From Calditrichia bacterium (lineage in GTDB: Bacteria; Calditrichota; Calditrichia; RBG-13-44-9; J075), in NCBI GenBank assembly GCA_028284905.1, contig JANQQU010000077.1, positions 22,140 through 86,139 on the forward strand: a stretch of DNA of 64,000 nt. The letters run 5' to 3'. A model generated the notes under the pieces. It did no database searches, was not told the DNA's origin, and saw only the letters and a program-made list of their open reading frames with translations. Both the position numbers and the translations under genes were made by a program. Position 1 is the first letter of the stretch. Every line of letters begins with the position of its first letter. Positions 11,474-21,413 of the stretch are shown here, in pieces.

Positions 11474-12181
11474 TTATCCATAATTGGATCCGGGATAGAC
11501 GACCGTATTAATAAAGAAGATGAATATCGGACGAAAAATATCACCAAACACCCACCAGGCGATTACCAAACCGACCATCATGAATCCCGGCTGGCGTAAG
11601 TTTTCCATAATTCGCAGCGCTTTGTTTTCTTCCATAAATAGCGGGAATAAGGCGCTGCCATCCAATGGGGGCAGGGGGAGTAAATTAAAAAAGAAGAGAA
11701 TGAGATTCAGTGAAAAAAGAATGCTGACGAGAGTTGCAGCTGCCTGGATCATGCCTTCTCCATTGGGCATCACAACCGAGGCAATGTTCAGCCGCTTTGG
11801 CTGCAGAAAGAAATCGTACTGAATACCGATATGAATCAGCGCAACGCCCAATAAACAAAGCAACAGGTTGGAAACCGGCCCGGCCAGAGCCATATACGCG
11901 GCCTTCTTTGGATAGCGTCCGGCCCAAATGGGATCGTACGGGGCGCTTGCCCAGCCCATCATCCAGGCGCCATTAAGAATCAGGAAAGAGAGGATTGGCG
12001 CAGCGATCATTCCGACCGGTTCCCGCTGCATGTGCGGAATCGGGTCCATAGTCACCTGCCCACCGTGATAAGCCGTCGGGTCCCCCAGTTTTAAGGCAAC
12101 AAAGGCATGCGCTGCCTCGTGTAATGTCGTCGACAGTAGAAATACCGCCAGCCATATTATTCCCAGATAAGCAAATTCCAT
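11474..12181 (-). CDS. Site-2 protease family (M50) intramembrane metalloprotease
   Basis: LHEAAHA (HExxH), ALAGPVSN, FNLLPLPPLDG. Confidence 0.93.
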   Translation of the reverse strand: MEFAYLGIIWLAVFLLSTTLHEAAHAFVALKLGDPTAYHGGQVTMDPIPHMQREPVGMIAAPILSFLILNGAWMMGWASAPYDPIWAGRYPKKAAYMALAGPVSNLLLCLLGVALIHIGIQYDFFLQPKRLNIASVVMPNGEGMIQAAATLVSILFSLNLILFFFNLLPLPPLDGSALFPLFMEENKALRIMENLRQPGFMMVGLVIAWWVFGDIFRPIFIFFINTVVYPGSNYG

Positions 12182-12198
12182 CAACCGTTCCTCGCTAA

Positions 12199-14754
12199 CT
12201 ATTGCACTAATATCATCCGCCGGGAGAGCAGGTGATTATCGTATTTCAGGCGATAAATATAATTTCCGGATGCAACCGGACTGCCATTGCCGTCGCGGCC
12301 GTCCCAACGGACAGAATGATGCCCGTTGCTAAAAATCCGTTGCGCTAATGTAAGGATTTTTTTCCCACGAATATCATAAATCGTCAAATTTACCATTCCC
12401 GCTTTTTTTAGTTGGAAATCAATGTGAGTTTCCCCATTAAAAGGGTTTGGATAATTTTGCGCCAGGGTAATGTCCCCGGGAATATTTTCTGCCGGTCGAT
12501 CATCGATAGCAGTGAGCTGACTGAGATCAAATTGCCACATCGAGCGGCCGAATGTTGCTGCTGTTAGCGTGCGGGATGGTGTATGCAAAACCAAATCGGT
12601 CACCGGCACATTCGGGAAATTATTGCCGAGGGCCTGCCAGCTGCCGCCCAGATTATCCGAGTAGAAAACGCCGGCATCACTGGCGACATAGAGGAGGTTT
12701 ACCCGATCCGGATCCGCGATGATGTCATTCAGGGGAATTTCCGGGAGATTTGCGGAAATATCTCTCCAGCTTGTGCCGTAATTGGTCGTGCGAAAAACGT
12801 GCGGTAAATACTCATCCCAGCGATATCCGGAAAAAGTGACATATGCTGTTGCAGCATCCTGCGGGTCGACCGTTACCCGGGTGACCCAACGCTGCGGCAG
12901 CTCTCCGGAAATCTGCTGCCAGGCGTTGCCGCCGTCTGTCGTTACCCAAAGATTACCGTCATCGGTACCGGCGTAAATAACGCTGCTGTCCGTTGCGGCA
13001 ACATCAATGGTGGTTACTGTGCCAAATGTTAAATTGCCGCTGGAAGGGCCATTGCTAAGGTCCGGACTAATGGCATTCCAGAATGCCCCGCGATTGGTTG
13101 ATTTAAATACCCGATCCTGACCAAAGTAAAGGACTTCCGGATTACCTGGATCCATCGTTAAAGGCGCGCTCCAATTACTTCTGCCAAATAAACCGGCGGT
13201 AGCGGAAATAAAGCTGGCGCCACCGTTGGTAGAACGACGAAGCACTCCCCGTTGGGACTCCGCATAGACAAATGCGTTATTGGTGGGATCGACGATTACA
13301 TAGAAACCGTCTCCGCCAAGAATGCGGTTCCAGTCATCAAGACTGCCGCTCAGGGTACGAATCGTTCCATTGTCCTGGGTACCGCCGTATAAGCGCTCCG
13401 GATACTGAAAGTCCGTCTCCGTCGTATAAAATTGGGTGATTGGTAAATTGGCGGATTTCTGGTAACTGGCACCGCCATTCGTGGAGATGTAAATGCCTCC
13501 ATCATTTCCGGCGACAATATTATCTGAGTTCTGCGGATCGATGTAGAGTGCATGCTGATCGACATGAATACCGCCGGATCGATAAGCCCAGCTATTACCG
13601 CCGTTGGTAGTTTTGTAAATGTCCAGCCCCAAAGCGTAAACGATATCCGGGTCCTGCGGATCCACCCGAATATTCCCGAACCACCAACCAAAGGAAGAAT
13701 ATAAGCTACTGAGCGCATTATCGTTGGTGCGAGTCCAGCTATCGCCATTGTCGATGGATTTATACACACCATCAAAGTAGCCGGGTACATCGGCATAAAT
13801 CGTGTAGAGAATGTTTGGTTGAGAGGAAGAAATCGCAATGCCTATCCGCCCCACATCCGCGGCATTATTGGGAACACCGTTGGTCAACTCTTCCCAGGAA
13901 TCTCCGCCATCATAGCTTCGGTATAATCCGCTGGTAACACCACCGTAGGAACGACGGTGCGGCATGCGAATGCGTTCCCACATCGCGGCATATAGCGTGT
14001 CGGGATTTTCCGGATGGATAAGCAGATCAATACAGCCGGTGGAGTCGGAAAGAAAAAATACCTGCTCCCAGGCGTTCCCGCCATCGTAACTTCGATAAAT
14101 ACCCCGCTCGGAATTTTCCGCGAATAATTTCCCCATCACCCCGGCGTAAATATGATCGGGATTGCTCGGATGAACGGCGATGCGGGAAATGTAACGGCTA
14201 TCGATCAATCCGCGCTGCTCCCAACTGTCCCCGCCATCGCTGGAACGATAGATGCCGGCGCCGTCGTAGGTTTGCGAGCCGCCGCCGGCATTGACTTCTC
14301 CGGTGCCGACGTAAATTATCTTGCTATTGGAGGGCGCGATGGCAATATCACCAATCGATAAACTCAACGCTTCGTCAAAAATAGGCTGCCAGTCGTTTCC
14401 ACCATCGACGGAACGGAAAATACCGCCGGAAGCGGCCCCGGCATAGATTGTGTCCATGCTGCCGGGCGTTACCGCCAGGTCGGAAATTCTTCCGCCGACA
14501 TTGGTCGGCCCGGCCAATGTCCAGCTGGCATTTTCCCGGGAAGCGCTCTCAGCTTTTAATCGCTTCGCCTGCTCCATTCCTTCCAGGTAGAAGGCGTGAT
14601 TGATTTGCCCCTGGGGAAACGCTCTTTGTGTATAAAACCAATCATTTGGTTCTTTCTCAAGCTTTTCCTCCGATGTCGCTGCCGGCCAATATATCAAAAA
14701 TACAAGGAGAAAAAATCCCCCGAGTATTGCGCTAAATATTTTCCAAGAGTTCAT
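12199..14754 (-). CDS. Secreted VPS10/BNR-repeat beta-propeller protein with FlgD-like C-terminal sorting domain
   Basis: Many S.DGG.SW Asp-box repeats; GPTNVGGRISD; GGTQDNG; LAQNYPNPFN..WDGRDGNGSPVASGNYIY. Confidence 0.88.
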   Translation of the reverse strand: MNSWKIFSAILGGFFLLVFLIYWPAATSEEKLEKEPNDWFYTQRAFPQGQINHAFYLEGMEQAKRLKAESASRENASWTLAGPTNVGGRISDLAVTPGSMDTIYAGAASGGIFRSVDGGNDWQPIFDEALSLSIGDIAIAPSNSKIIYVGTGEVNAGGGSQTYDGAGIYRSSDGGDSWEQRGLIDSRYISRIAVHPSNPDHIYAGVMGKLFAENSERGIYRSYDGGNAWEQVFFLSDSTGCIDLLIHPENPDTLYAAMWERIRMPHRRSYGGVTSGLYRSYDGGDSWEELTNGVPNNAADVGRIGIAISSSQPNILYTIYADVPGYFDGVYKSIDNGDSWTRTNDNALSSLYSSFGWWFGNIRVDPQDPDIVYALGLDIYKTTNGGNSWAYRSGGIHVDQHALYIDPQNSDNIVAGNDGGIYISTNGGASYQKSANLPITQFYTTETDFQYPERLYGGTQDNGTIRTLSGSLDDWNRILGGDGFYVIVDPTNNAFVYAESQRGVLRRSTNGGASFISATAGLFGRSNWSAPLTMDPGNPEVLYFGQDRVFKSTNRGAFWNAISPDLSNGPSSGNLTFGTVTTIDVAATDSSVIYAGTDDGNLWVTTDGGNAWQQISGELPQRWVTRVTVDPQDAATAYVTFSGYRWDEYLPHVFRTTNYGTSWRDISANLPEIPLNDIIADPDRVNLLYVASDAGVFYSDNLGGSWQALGNNFPNVPVTDLVLHTPSRTLTAATFGRSMWQFDLSQLTAIDDRPAENIPGDITLAQNYPNPFNGETHIDFQLKKAGMVNLTIYDIRGKKILTLAQRIFSNGHHSVRWDGRDGNGSPVASGNYIYRLKYDNHLLSRRMILVQ

Positions 14755-14890
14755 CAAAATCCTGCCTATTAAAATGTCACTTTTATTAATTGTAGTGAGG
14801 ATCGGTTTCTTATTGTCAATCTGTATCTTATACTTGCCACTTTATCTTAGTTGCCCAACATGAGTATATCAAGATTTTTTTCCGATTCGA

Positions 14891-14919
14891 TTGATAAAAC
14901 GAAGCCCTTTCCTTATATT
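14891..14919 (+). promoter_or_regulatory. Sigma-70-type promoter of pyrF-pyrE
   Basis: TTGATA-17 bp-TATATT, 31 bp upstream of pyrF ATG. Confidence 0.5.
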
Positions 14920-14950
14920 CACAGCTTGAATTCTATGCCTGGGGTGAATC

Positions 14951-15793
14951 ATGTTTAAAGAAAAGCTGAACAAAATTATTGAGCAAAAGAAATCGATGGT
15001 TTGCGTTGGTCTGGATAGCACGATTGCTAAAATACCGAAACACTTACATGGTGAAATCGATCCGTTGTTTGCCTTCAATAAAGCAATCATCGAAGCCACC
15101 AAGCAGTATGTTGCCGCCTATAAAATGAACATCGCTTTTTACGAATCCCTGGGTATGGCCGGCTGGGAATTGCTGGAAAAGACCCTTGAGATTATCCCTT
15201 CCGGCATCCTCACCATCGCCGATGCCAAACGCGCCGATATCGAAAATACCGGCCGGAAATACGCCGAAACATTTTTCAGCCATTATAATTTTGATGCGAT
15301 TACCGTTGCCCCCTACATGGGCATGGATTCTGTGACGCCTTTTCTGGAATACGAAGACCGCGGCGTTTTTATTCTATGCCTGACCTCTAACCCCGGCGCA
15401 AAAGATTTCCAATTTATGAAGGTAGAAGGCCGTCCGATGTATGAGCATGTGGCCAAAAAGATTATGGAGTGGAATTTCCTTTATGGCAATTGCGCCCTGG
15501 TTGTTGGTGGCACCCATACCGACCCGATCCGGGATATCCGTGGCCTTACCGGCGATCTCCCATTTCTGGTACCGGGCATTGGCGCCCAGGGAGGAAATTT
15601 GGAGATGGTCATTAATTACGCCACGGACGCACATGGCCGTGGCATCCTGGTAAATTCCAGCCGGACGATCATCTTTGCTTCTGCGGAAAGAGATTTTGAC
15701 ATCGTGGCCGGACAGCGCGCCCGTCAATTGCGGGACCAGATCAATCTGCTGGTTAGCGTAAAGAAAAATCCCGGTATTATCGACATGAATTAA
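14951..15793 (+). CDS. pyrF: Orotidine-5'-phosphate decarboxylase
   Basis: VCVGLD, AYKMNIAFYE, DAKRADI, LTSNPG, FLVPGIGAQGG, VNSSR. Confidence 0.96.
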   Translation: MFKEKLNKIIEQKKSMVCVGLDSTIAKIPKHLHGEIDPLFAFNKAIIEATKQYVAAYKMNIAFYESLGMAGWELLEKTLEIIPSGILTIADAKRADIENTGRKYAETFFSHYNFDAITVAPYMGMDSVTPFLEYEDRGVFILCLTSNPGAKDFQFMKVEGRPMYEHVAKKIMEWNFLYGNCALVVGGTHTDPIRDIRGLTGDLPFLVPGIGAQGGNLEMVINYATDAHGRGILVNSSRTIIFASAERDFDIVAGQRARQLRDQINLLVSVKKNPGIIDMN

Positions 15794-15876
15794 ATTTTGC
15801 CCGCGGAATTTCCAGCAACAAATGATAGCTGCCAGATTATACCACCCACTTTAGACATTTTTTCAAGGAATGAAAT

Positions 15877-16461
15877 ATGGACACACAGGATTTTCTACGA
15901 ACCTTCAAAGACACCGGCGCTTTACAAAGCGGACATTTTGAGCTCACCTCCGGTTTACACAGCCCTTCATACTTTCAGTGCGCACTGGCTTTGCAGCACC
16001 CGAAACATCTGGCAGCATTTTGCGAGACGATTGTAAGTTATTTTGAAGATGAAGTTGACCAAATAACCGCAGTCGCCGCACCGGCAGTTGGAGGGATCGT
16101 CGTCGGTCAGGAAGTTGGCCGGCAGCTCGGTGTGCGGAGTATCTTTGCGGAACGGAAAGATGGGGAAATGGTTTTTCGCCGGGGATTTTACGTCGAACCT
16201 AACGATGTGGTGCTGGTAGTCGAGGATGTTGTCACCACCGGGGGATCCGTGCAGGAAGTAGTAGATCTGATTGAGTCGACCGGCGCATTCGTCGTCGGTA
16301 TTGGTTGCGTGGTCGATCGTAGCGGTGGCGAAAACAAGCTGGAAATCCCCCTTTGTTCAGTGCATTCGACAAAAGCAGTCACCTACCAGCCGGACAGTTG
16401 CCCGCTCTGTATGGAAAATATCCCCATCAGTAAACCTGGCAGCCGCAAGTTAAGCCGTTAA
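15877..16461 (+). CDS. pyrE: Orotate phosphoribosyltransferase
   Basis: GHFELTSGLHS..YFQC; PRPP motif VLVVEDVVTTGGS; KPGSR C-terminus. Confidence 0.96.
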   Translation: MDTQDFLRTFKDTGALQSGHFELTSGLHSPSYFQCALALQHPKHLAAFCETIVSYFEDEVDQITAVAAPAVGGIVVGQEVGRQLGVRSIFAERKDGEMVFRRGFYVEPNDVVLVVEDVVTTGGSVQEVVDLIESTGAFVVGIGCVVDRSGGENKLEIPLCSVHSTKAVTYQPDSCPLCMENIPISKPGSRKLSR

Positions 16462-16522
16462 CCCGTATGAAAGTCTCCTGAGGATTCTCAAGCGAATAAT
16501 AAGTTTAAGAAAGTGAGCACTG

Positions 16523-17284
16523 ATGAAGTTTTGCATTTTAGCCAGCGGTAGCCGGGGAAATTCAATTTATGTAGAAGGCAGCAACAGTCACGTGCTGGTA
16601 GATGTTGGCATGTCCGCCCGGGAAATAGAACGCCGCCTGGCTTCCCGCGAGCTTTCTCCGGAGAGCATTGGCGCCGTCGTGCTGACCCATGCCCATGGCG
16701 ACCATGTGAAAGGTGTCGGCGTATTTGCCAATCGTTACAAAATACCGGTCTATGGTCATCCGGATACACTGGATGCAACCACCAAGCGGCTCAAGAAAGG
16801 ACAATCCGTTGTGCCGATCAATGGCCCGTTTGAGATCAACGGATTACGTTTCACCCCTTTTCGGGTGCCGCACGATTGTGAACCGACTCACGGATATCTC
16901 ATCAACGACAGCACCAGTATGCTGGCGATCTGCACTGATATTGGCTATGTAACCGACACCGTGAAATCGCACATCCGTCAGGCAAATGCACTTATCCTGG
17001 AAAGCAACCACGACTCCGATATGCTGATGAACGGTCCGTACCCATTCGATCTAAAAGCACGCATCGACGGGCGGGGAGGTCACCTCTCCAATCATCATGC
17101 CGGGGAATTGCTCAACGAGATTATCGGCCCGCAATTACGCCGGGTAGTGCTCGGGCATCTTAGCAACGAAAATAACACCCCGGAAAAAGCTCTAAATACT
17201 GTTCGTTCTCATCTTGCCAGTGAGTATCATTCCCGCATTCACGTTATTGTGCAGAAGACGGTTTCGGAGATTTATTCGGTTTGA
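16523..17284 (+). CDS. MBL-fold metallo-hydrolase (YycJ/WalJ-like)
   Basis: LASGSRGNS, THAHGDH, PHD, TDIG, LESNHD, GHLSN, HLSNENNTP. Confidence 0.92.
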   Translation: MKFCILASGSRGNSIYVEGSNSHVLVDVGMSAREIERRLASRELSPESIGAVVLTHAHGDHVKGVGVFANRYKIPVYGHPDTLDATTKRLKKGQSVVPINGPFEINGLRFTPFRVPHDCEPTHGYLINDSTSMLAICTDIGYVTDTVKSHIRQANALILESNHDSDMLMNGPYPFDLKARIDGRGGHLSNHHAGELLNEIIGPQLRRVVLGHLSNENNTPEKALNTVRSHLASEYHSRIHVIVQKTVSEIYSV

Positions 17285-17338
17285 TTAGGCCTTTTGATTT
17301 TAGGCTTTAGGCCTAAGGCCTATGGGTTTTAGGCTTTA
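17285..17338. repeat. Degenerate 7-bp tandem repeat (TTTAGGC)n
   Basis: ttaggc..ttttaggctttaggcctaaggcctatgggttttaggctt immediately after the stop codon. Confidence 0.6.
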
Positions 17339-17398
17339 AATTTTCCGGGCAGTCATCCAAACAAAACCGCTCTATTGATGTAAGATTAAAACTTTTCG

Positions 17399-17471
17399 GT
17401 CATTGCGAGCAGGCGTTTTTTCCTGCGAAGCAATCCCTTAAGTGCGAATGCTTCGTCGTTCTATTCCTCGC
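17399..17471. repeat. Degenerate GTCATTGCGAG..GAAGCAATC palindromic element
   Basis: Same family as 41595-41682 and 51390-51479. Confidence 0.7.
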
Positions 17472-17679
17472 TCCGAAGGAACTCCCTGGTAGTAAAGAGA
17501 TCATTCTAAAAATCCACCGCTTGGCAATCCCTCCCATTAAACTTCCGTGAACACTTTGTTATTGAATTTTAATAAACTGTTTTTCCAAAAAAGCGTAAGA
17601 ATAAATGAAGATAATAATGAAGGCCGGGAGAAAAATTTCCGGACCGCAAAAATGAGAAACTTGCCAATTTGGAGAAATA

Positions 17680-18579
17680 ATGAAAACTGCACTGGTTTTA
17701 GGAGGCGGCGGCGCACGAGGGATGGCGCATGTTGGTGTGCTGCAAACCCTGGAGAAAGCGGGCATCCCGATCGATATGATCGTTGGCTGCAGCTTTGGTG
17801 CGATTGTCGGGGGAATGTATGCGCAGCATCCGGATGCGAATCAGCTATCCCGGCGGCTCTTTCAGTTTCTGGAAACGGACACTTTCGAAGAGCTTGGCCT
17901 GCACTATCTCCGCAAACGCCCTTTCTTTAGCGATGACTATATCCAACAACTTATTCGAAACGTAAAGGACTGGTTTTTACTAAACCTCTTTTTCAGCCGT
18001 AGTTCTTTTCTGAAATCTATCCGTTTGCAAAATGTTATAAAAGCGCTGATTGAACCGGGGAAATTTCAGGATACAAAAATTCCTTTTGCCTGTAATGCCA
18101 CTGATCTGGTCTCCGGACAAAGTATTATTTTTAACAGCGGAGACGTCCGCCAGGCAATTACTGCCAGCGCCAGTATTCCCGGTTATTTCCCGCCGGTGAT
18201 TGATGGCACGAAGAAACTGGTGGATGGCGGCATTACTTACAATCTGCCGATTAAATTTGCCCGGGCACTCGGGGCGACCTTCGTTATCGCGGTTGATATC
18301 CATCCGCAGTTGCAGGTGGAAACAGATGTGGAAAATGTCCTCGATATTATCCTGCGCGCCAATACCATTTCCCTGAACGCCCTCTCGCAGGAAACCCGCG
18401 AAGGCGCAGATATTCTCATCTCGCCGCCGGTCAATGAATACTTTTGGTACGAGTTTGACCGTAGCAAGGAGATCGTCCGGGCCGGTGCCGACGCTACGCA
18501 GCAGGCATTAAAATATATTCGGCGGGAGCACCCACAATTGCGGAAACAGCGGTTACGGAAATTGGTTTCTGTCGCTTAA
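17680..18579 (+). CDS. Patatin-like phospholipase
   Basis: GGGGARG, GCSFG (GxSxG), LVDGG. Confidence 0.94.
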   Translation: MKTALVLGGGGARGMAHVGVLQTLEKAGIPIDMIVGCSFGAIVGGMYAQHPDANQLSRRLFQFLETDTFEELGLHYLRKRPFFSDDYIQQLIRNVKDWFLLNLFFSRSSFLKSIRLQNVIKALIEPGKFQDTKIPFACNATDLVSGQSIIFNSGDVRQAITASASIPGYFPPVIDGTKKLVDGGITYNLPIKFARALGATFVIAVDIHPQLQVETDVENVLDIILRANTISLNALSQETREGADILISPPVNEYFWYEFDRSKEIVRAGADATQQALKYIRREHPQLRKQRLRKLVSVA

Positions 18580-19622
18580 CCCGATATCGCCTGTAAGCCA
18601 AGTTCAATGATATATAGCTGATAGCGAATGGCCGTCTCCAGATCCAATGGTTGAATATCGAACTCGCGAATGATCTCATCCAACGATGCTTTCGCGGCAA
18701 TTTTTTGCAATATTTCCGGCCGGCGTTCTTTAAACTTCAGGTATGCGGCCGGGAGATTTTTTCCCTGATCATCCATTTCCCGGCGAATATCAAATAATGG
18801 TAATTCACTGACCAGGCAAAGCGGATCGCCTCCCAATCCACGCACAAATTCCATGGAGCTCAGGTGAAACAACCGGGCAGTAGCTTCATCATTCTGCTCA
18901 CGAAAGTACGCCTGCATTGCCCGCCCTTCCGGTGTGGTGGTAAATCCCGGACCGATATAAAGAAATCCTTTTTCCCCATTACGGTCATGATTGTGCAGCC
19001 GCATTCCCAACTGCCTGGCATAGGCGACAAATTGTTGCTGCAATTCTGTTGTTCTGTCGATCCAATGTCTTTCTATAAGCAGAAATGCACCTTCGGAAAA
19101 AGCCATTCCGTGCAGACTGGCATGCAAGTGGAACGGGCCATTCGCTGTCAGCAAGCCGCTCACCAGGCGATTTTCCGTGCGCATTTCCGGATAGCCAAAT
19201 TCCAGATCCCGCCCCGGTAACTCCCGAAAAGTATGCTGGAGATAAGCCGCCAAATCCGGCCATTGTGTAATCCAGGCCTGGTTTACTGCTTCCCCATCCG
19301 GGTTGATATGAGGAATGATGATAAAACGGTATTTTTCAAAAAGTTCGCTCAATTGCGCCCGTTGTTTTAATCCCTCCAAAATAAAAATGCGTAAGGTTTC
19401 CGGGCCGACCGGCTCGTCAGAATGCGCCCCGGCAAGCAAGCTAATGGTTTTAGGGCCGCGCCCAATAATCGCCGCTGCGATGGGTCGACCGCCTTCGCTT
19501 TTTCCTAAGGGGATAAATTCCGCAATATCGCTGTTGGCGCTGCAGACTGTCTTCAATGCATCGTAAACATCTACAGAAGTACGAAAGTGTGGTTTTTCCG
19601 AAATTTTAATTTGATGCAGCAT
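18576..19622 (-). CDS. M14-family zinc carboxypeptidase-like protein
   Basis: GKSEGGRPI, AGAHSDEPVG (HxxE), PHINPDG, SLHG. Confidence 0.8.
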   Translation of the reverse strand: MLHQIKISEKPHFRTSVDVYDALKTVCSANSDIAEFIPLGKSEGGRPIAAAIIGRGPKTISLLAGAHSDEPVGPETLRIFILEGLKQRAQLSELFEKYRFIIIPHINPDGEAVNQAWITQWPDLAAYLQHTFRELPGRDLEFGYPEMRTENRLVSGLLTANGPFHLHASLHGMAFSEGAFLLIERHWIDRTTELQQQFVAYARQLGMRLHNHDRNGEKGFLYIGPGFTTTPEGRAMQAYFREQNDEATARLFHLSSMEFVRGLGGDPLCLVSELPLFDIRREMDDQGKNLPAAYLKFKERRPEILQKIAAKASLDEIIREFDIQPLDLETAIRYQLYIIELGLQAISG

Positions 19623-19661
19623 CAATTATCTCTCGCATAATTTTAGTCACTCTACAGTTAT

Positions 19662-20342
19662 CTAATTGGCAATCGCGGCAAACCCTTTTTGGGCAGCAGC
19701 AGCAAAGGCAGCAACTTTTTTCGGGCACTTTCTGCCGTTGTCATCTTCGACGCCGGTATGTACATCAACCCCGGCCGGACGAACTTCTTCAATCGCTGCC
19801 TGCACGTTCCCGGGATTTAAGCCGCCGGCCAGTATCACTGGTTTGGGAGAAACCGTTACCAATTCCCGACTGATTCGCCAGTCATGAGTTTTGCCGGTGG
19901 CGCCATCCGCACCGGTGCTTGGATCATGCGTATCGGTTATGAAAGCATCGACAAATGATGCATAAGTTTGTGTCATCTTCGCTAGCTCGGCAAGGTTATC
20001 CCCGCGCACCACCAGGCTTTTGATTACAAATAGATTCGCTGCCATTTCTTTTAGCTGCTGCACCTCTGCCACGGGGATTTCCCCATGTAACTGCACGATG
20101 CCGGCACTGAGCTCATTGCTAAAGTGACTTACTTCTGCTGCACGATCCAGGTATGTAATCAGCACACCAGCCGCCGGCGCAGGTATACCGCGAATAATTT
20201 CTGCCGCTGCTGCTTCGGAAAGGTCTTCAGTATGCACCGGCAGGCGTAATGGGAATCCCAGCCAATCGACGCCAGCCTGCAGCAGCATATTCGCTTCAGT
20301 TTGGTCGATAACACCAGCGACTTGAATCAATCCTTTTTTCAT
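19662..20342 (-). CDS. trpF: Phosphoribosylanthranilate isomerase
   Basis: VQLHG, GATGKTHDW, PVILAGGLNPGNV..AI..VRPAGVDVHTGVE. Confidence 0.85.
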   Translation of the reverse strand: MKKGLIQVAGVIDQTEANMLLQAGVDWLGFPLRLPVHTEDLSEAAAAEIIRGIPAPAAGVLITYLDRAAEVSHFSNELSAGIVQLHGEIPVAEVQQLKEMAANLFVIKSLVVRGDNLAELAKMTQTYASFVDAFITDTHDPSTGADGATGKTHDWRISRELVTVSPKPVILAGGLNPGNVQAAIEEVRPAGVDVHTGVEDDNGRKCPKKVAAFAAAAQKGFAAIAN

Positions 20343-20513
20343 CTCGAAAGGTATCAATAATTTCGCAGAAAATCAGCAGGCAGTTTATCGGATTTAGGAA
20401 AGTATCCTCCCATGAAATAAATCCATTCCAAATTACAGCATTCGATGATTATATTTCATTTTGAAATAAGTAAGGGACGAAAATAAGTAGACGATACTGG
20501 GTTTGAATACATT

Positions 20514-20553
20514 CCCATTTGCCCATTTGCCCATTTGCCCATTTGCCCATTTA
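20514..20553. repeat. 8-bp tandem repeat (CCCATTTG)x5
   Basis: Read directly; reverse complement of the AATGGGCA tract at 23147. Confidence 0.9.
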
Positions 20554-20630
20554 CAAACGGAGCAAAGACTTTAGCTGAACCGATCCTAATTATTTTATCA
20601 GACACTTACGAACCTTTCGAAGGATAGAGA

Positions 20631-21395
20631 ATGAACACCCCGGCACAGCTAACCGCCAGACTAGATGACATCGGCCGCTCAGTTGCCGGCAGCGAGCATG
20701 GATTGGCCGTCATTGGTCTCGGTTCGGTAGGAATTGAACTCAGCCGAATCGATCAGTATTCCGATCTGGATTTTTTTGTGATTGTCGAAGATGGCAGGAA
20801 ACAACAGTATCTGGAAGATCTCGACTGGCTGAGCAGCATTGCGCCCATCGCCTATTATTTTCAAAATACTGCGGACGGTTATAAAATTCTTTATGCCGAC
20901 GGCATTTTTTGCGAGATGGCAGTTTTCGACATTTCCGAGCTGGCAAAAATTCCCTTTGCGGAAGGACGCATCGTTTGGAAAGCAACACATATCAGCGACG
21001 AAATCCGCATCCCGAAGAGTAAAGAAGGCCGGCAATCGGCGCAAAGCGAAGAATGGTTACTGGGAGAAGCGCTTACCAATATTTACGTCGGGCTATGCCG
21101 TTTTTGGCGGGGGGAAAAACTTTCCGCGGCGCGATTTGTACAGGGCTATGCCCTTGATCGCATCGTGGATCTTTCCGCCCGGCTCGCTGCCGCTGAAGAT
21201 TCGCCTGCGGATGTTTTTATGCCGGAAAGGCGCTATGAACAACGCTATCCCGAGTTAGCCACACATTTAGCGGAATTTATGCAGGGCTATGAAAAGACAC
21301 CGGCTTCCGCCCGGGCAATGCTGGATTTTCTCGACGCAAACTTTGCGATTAATCCGGTGATGAAGGCAGAAATAATTAAACTTTGTAATTCTTAA
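20631..21395 (+). CDS. Pol-beta-like nucleotidyltransferase-fold protein
   Basis: GLGSVG..DQYSDLDFFVIV (GS..DxD motif) followed by a helical C-terminal domain. Confidence 0.7.
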   Translation: MNTPAQLTARLDDIGRSVAGSEHGLAVIGLGSVGIELSRIDQYSDLDFFVIVEDGRKQQYLEDLDWLSSIAPIAYYFQNTADGYKILYADGIFCEMAVFDISELAKIPFAEGRIVWKATHISDEIRIPKSKEGRQSAQSEEWLLGEALTNIYVGLCRFWRGEKLSAARFVQGYALDRIVDLSARLAAAEDSPADVFMPERRYEQRYPELATHLAEFMQGYEKTPASARAMLDFLDANFAINPVMKAEIIKLCNS

Positions 21396-21413
21396 ACCGC
21401 GAAATGAATATTG

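Noticed and set aside
17547-17930. 127-aa ORF overlapping the patatin start, and small intergenic ORFs at 41745, 57658, 60445, 62100 and 62462
   Set aside because: Out-of-frame overlaps or translations of palindromic repeats with no RBS or protein-like signature.
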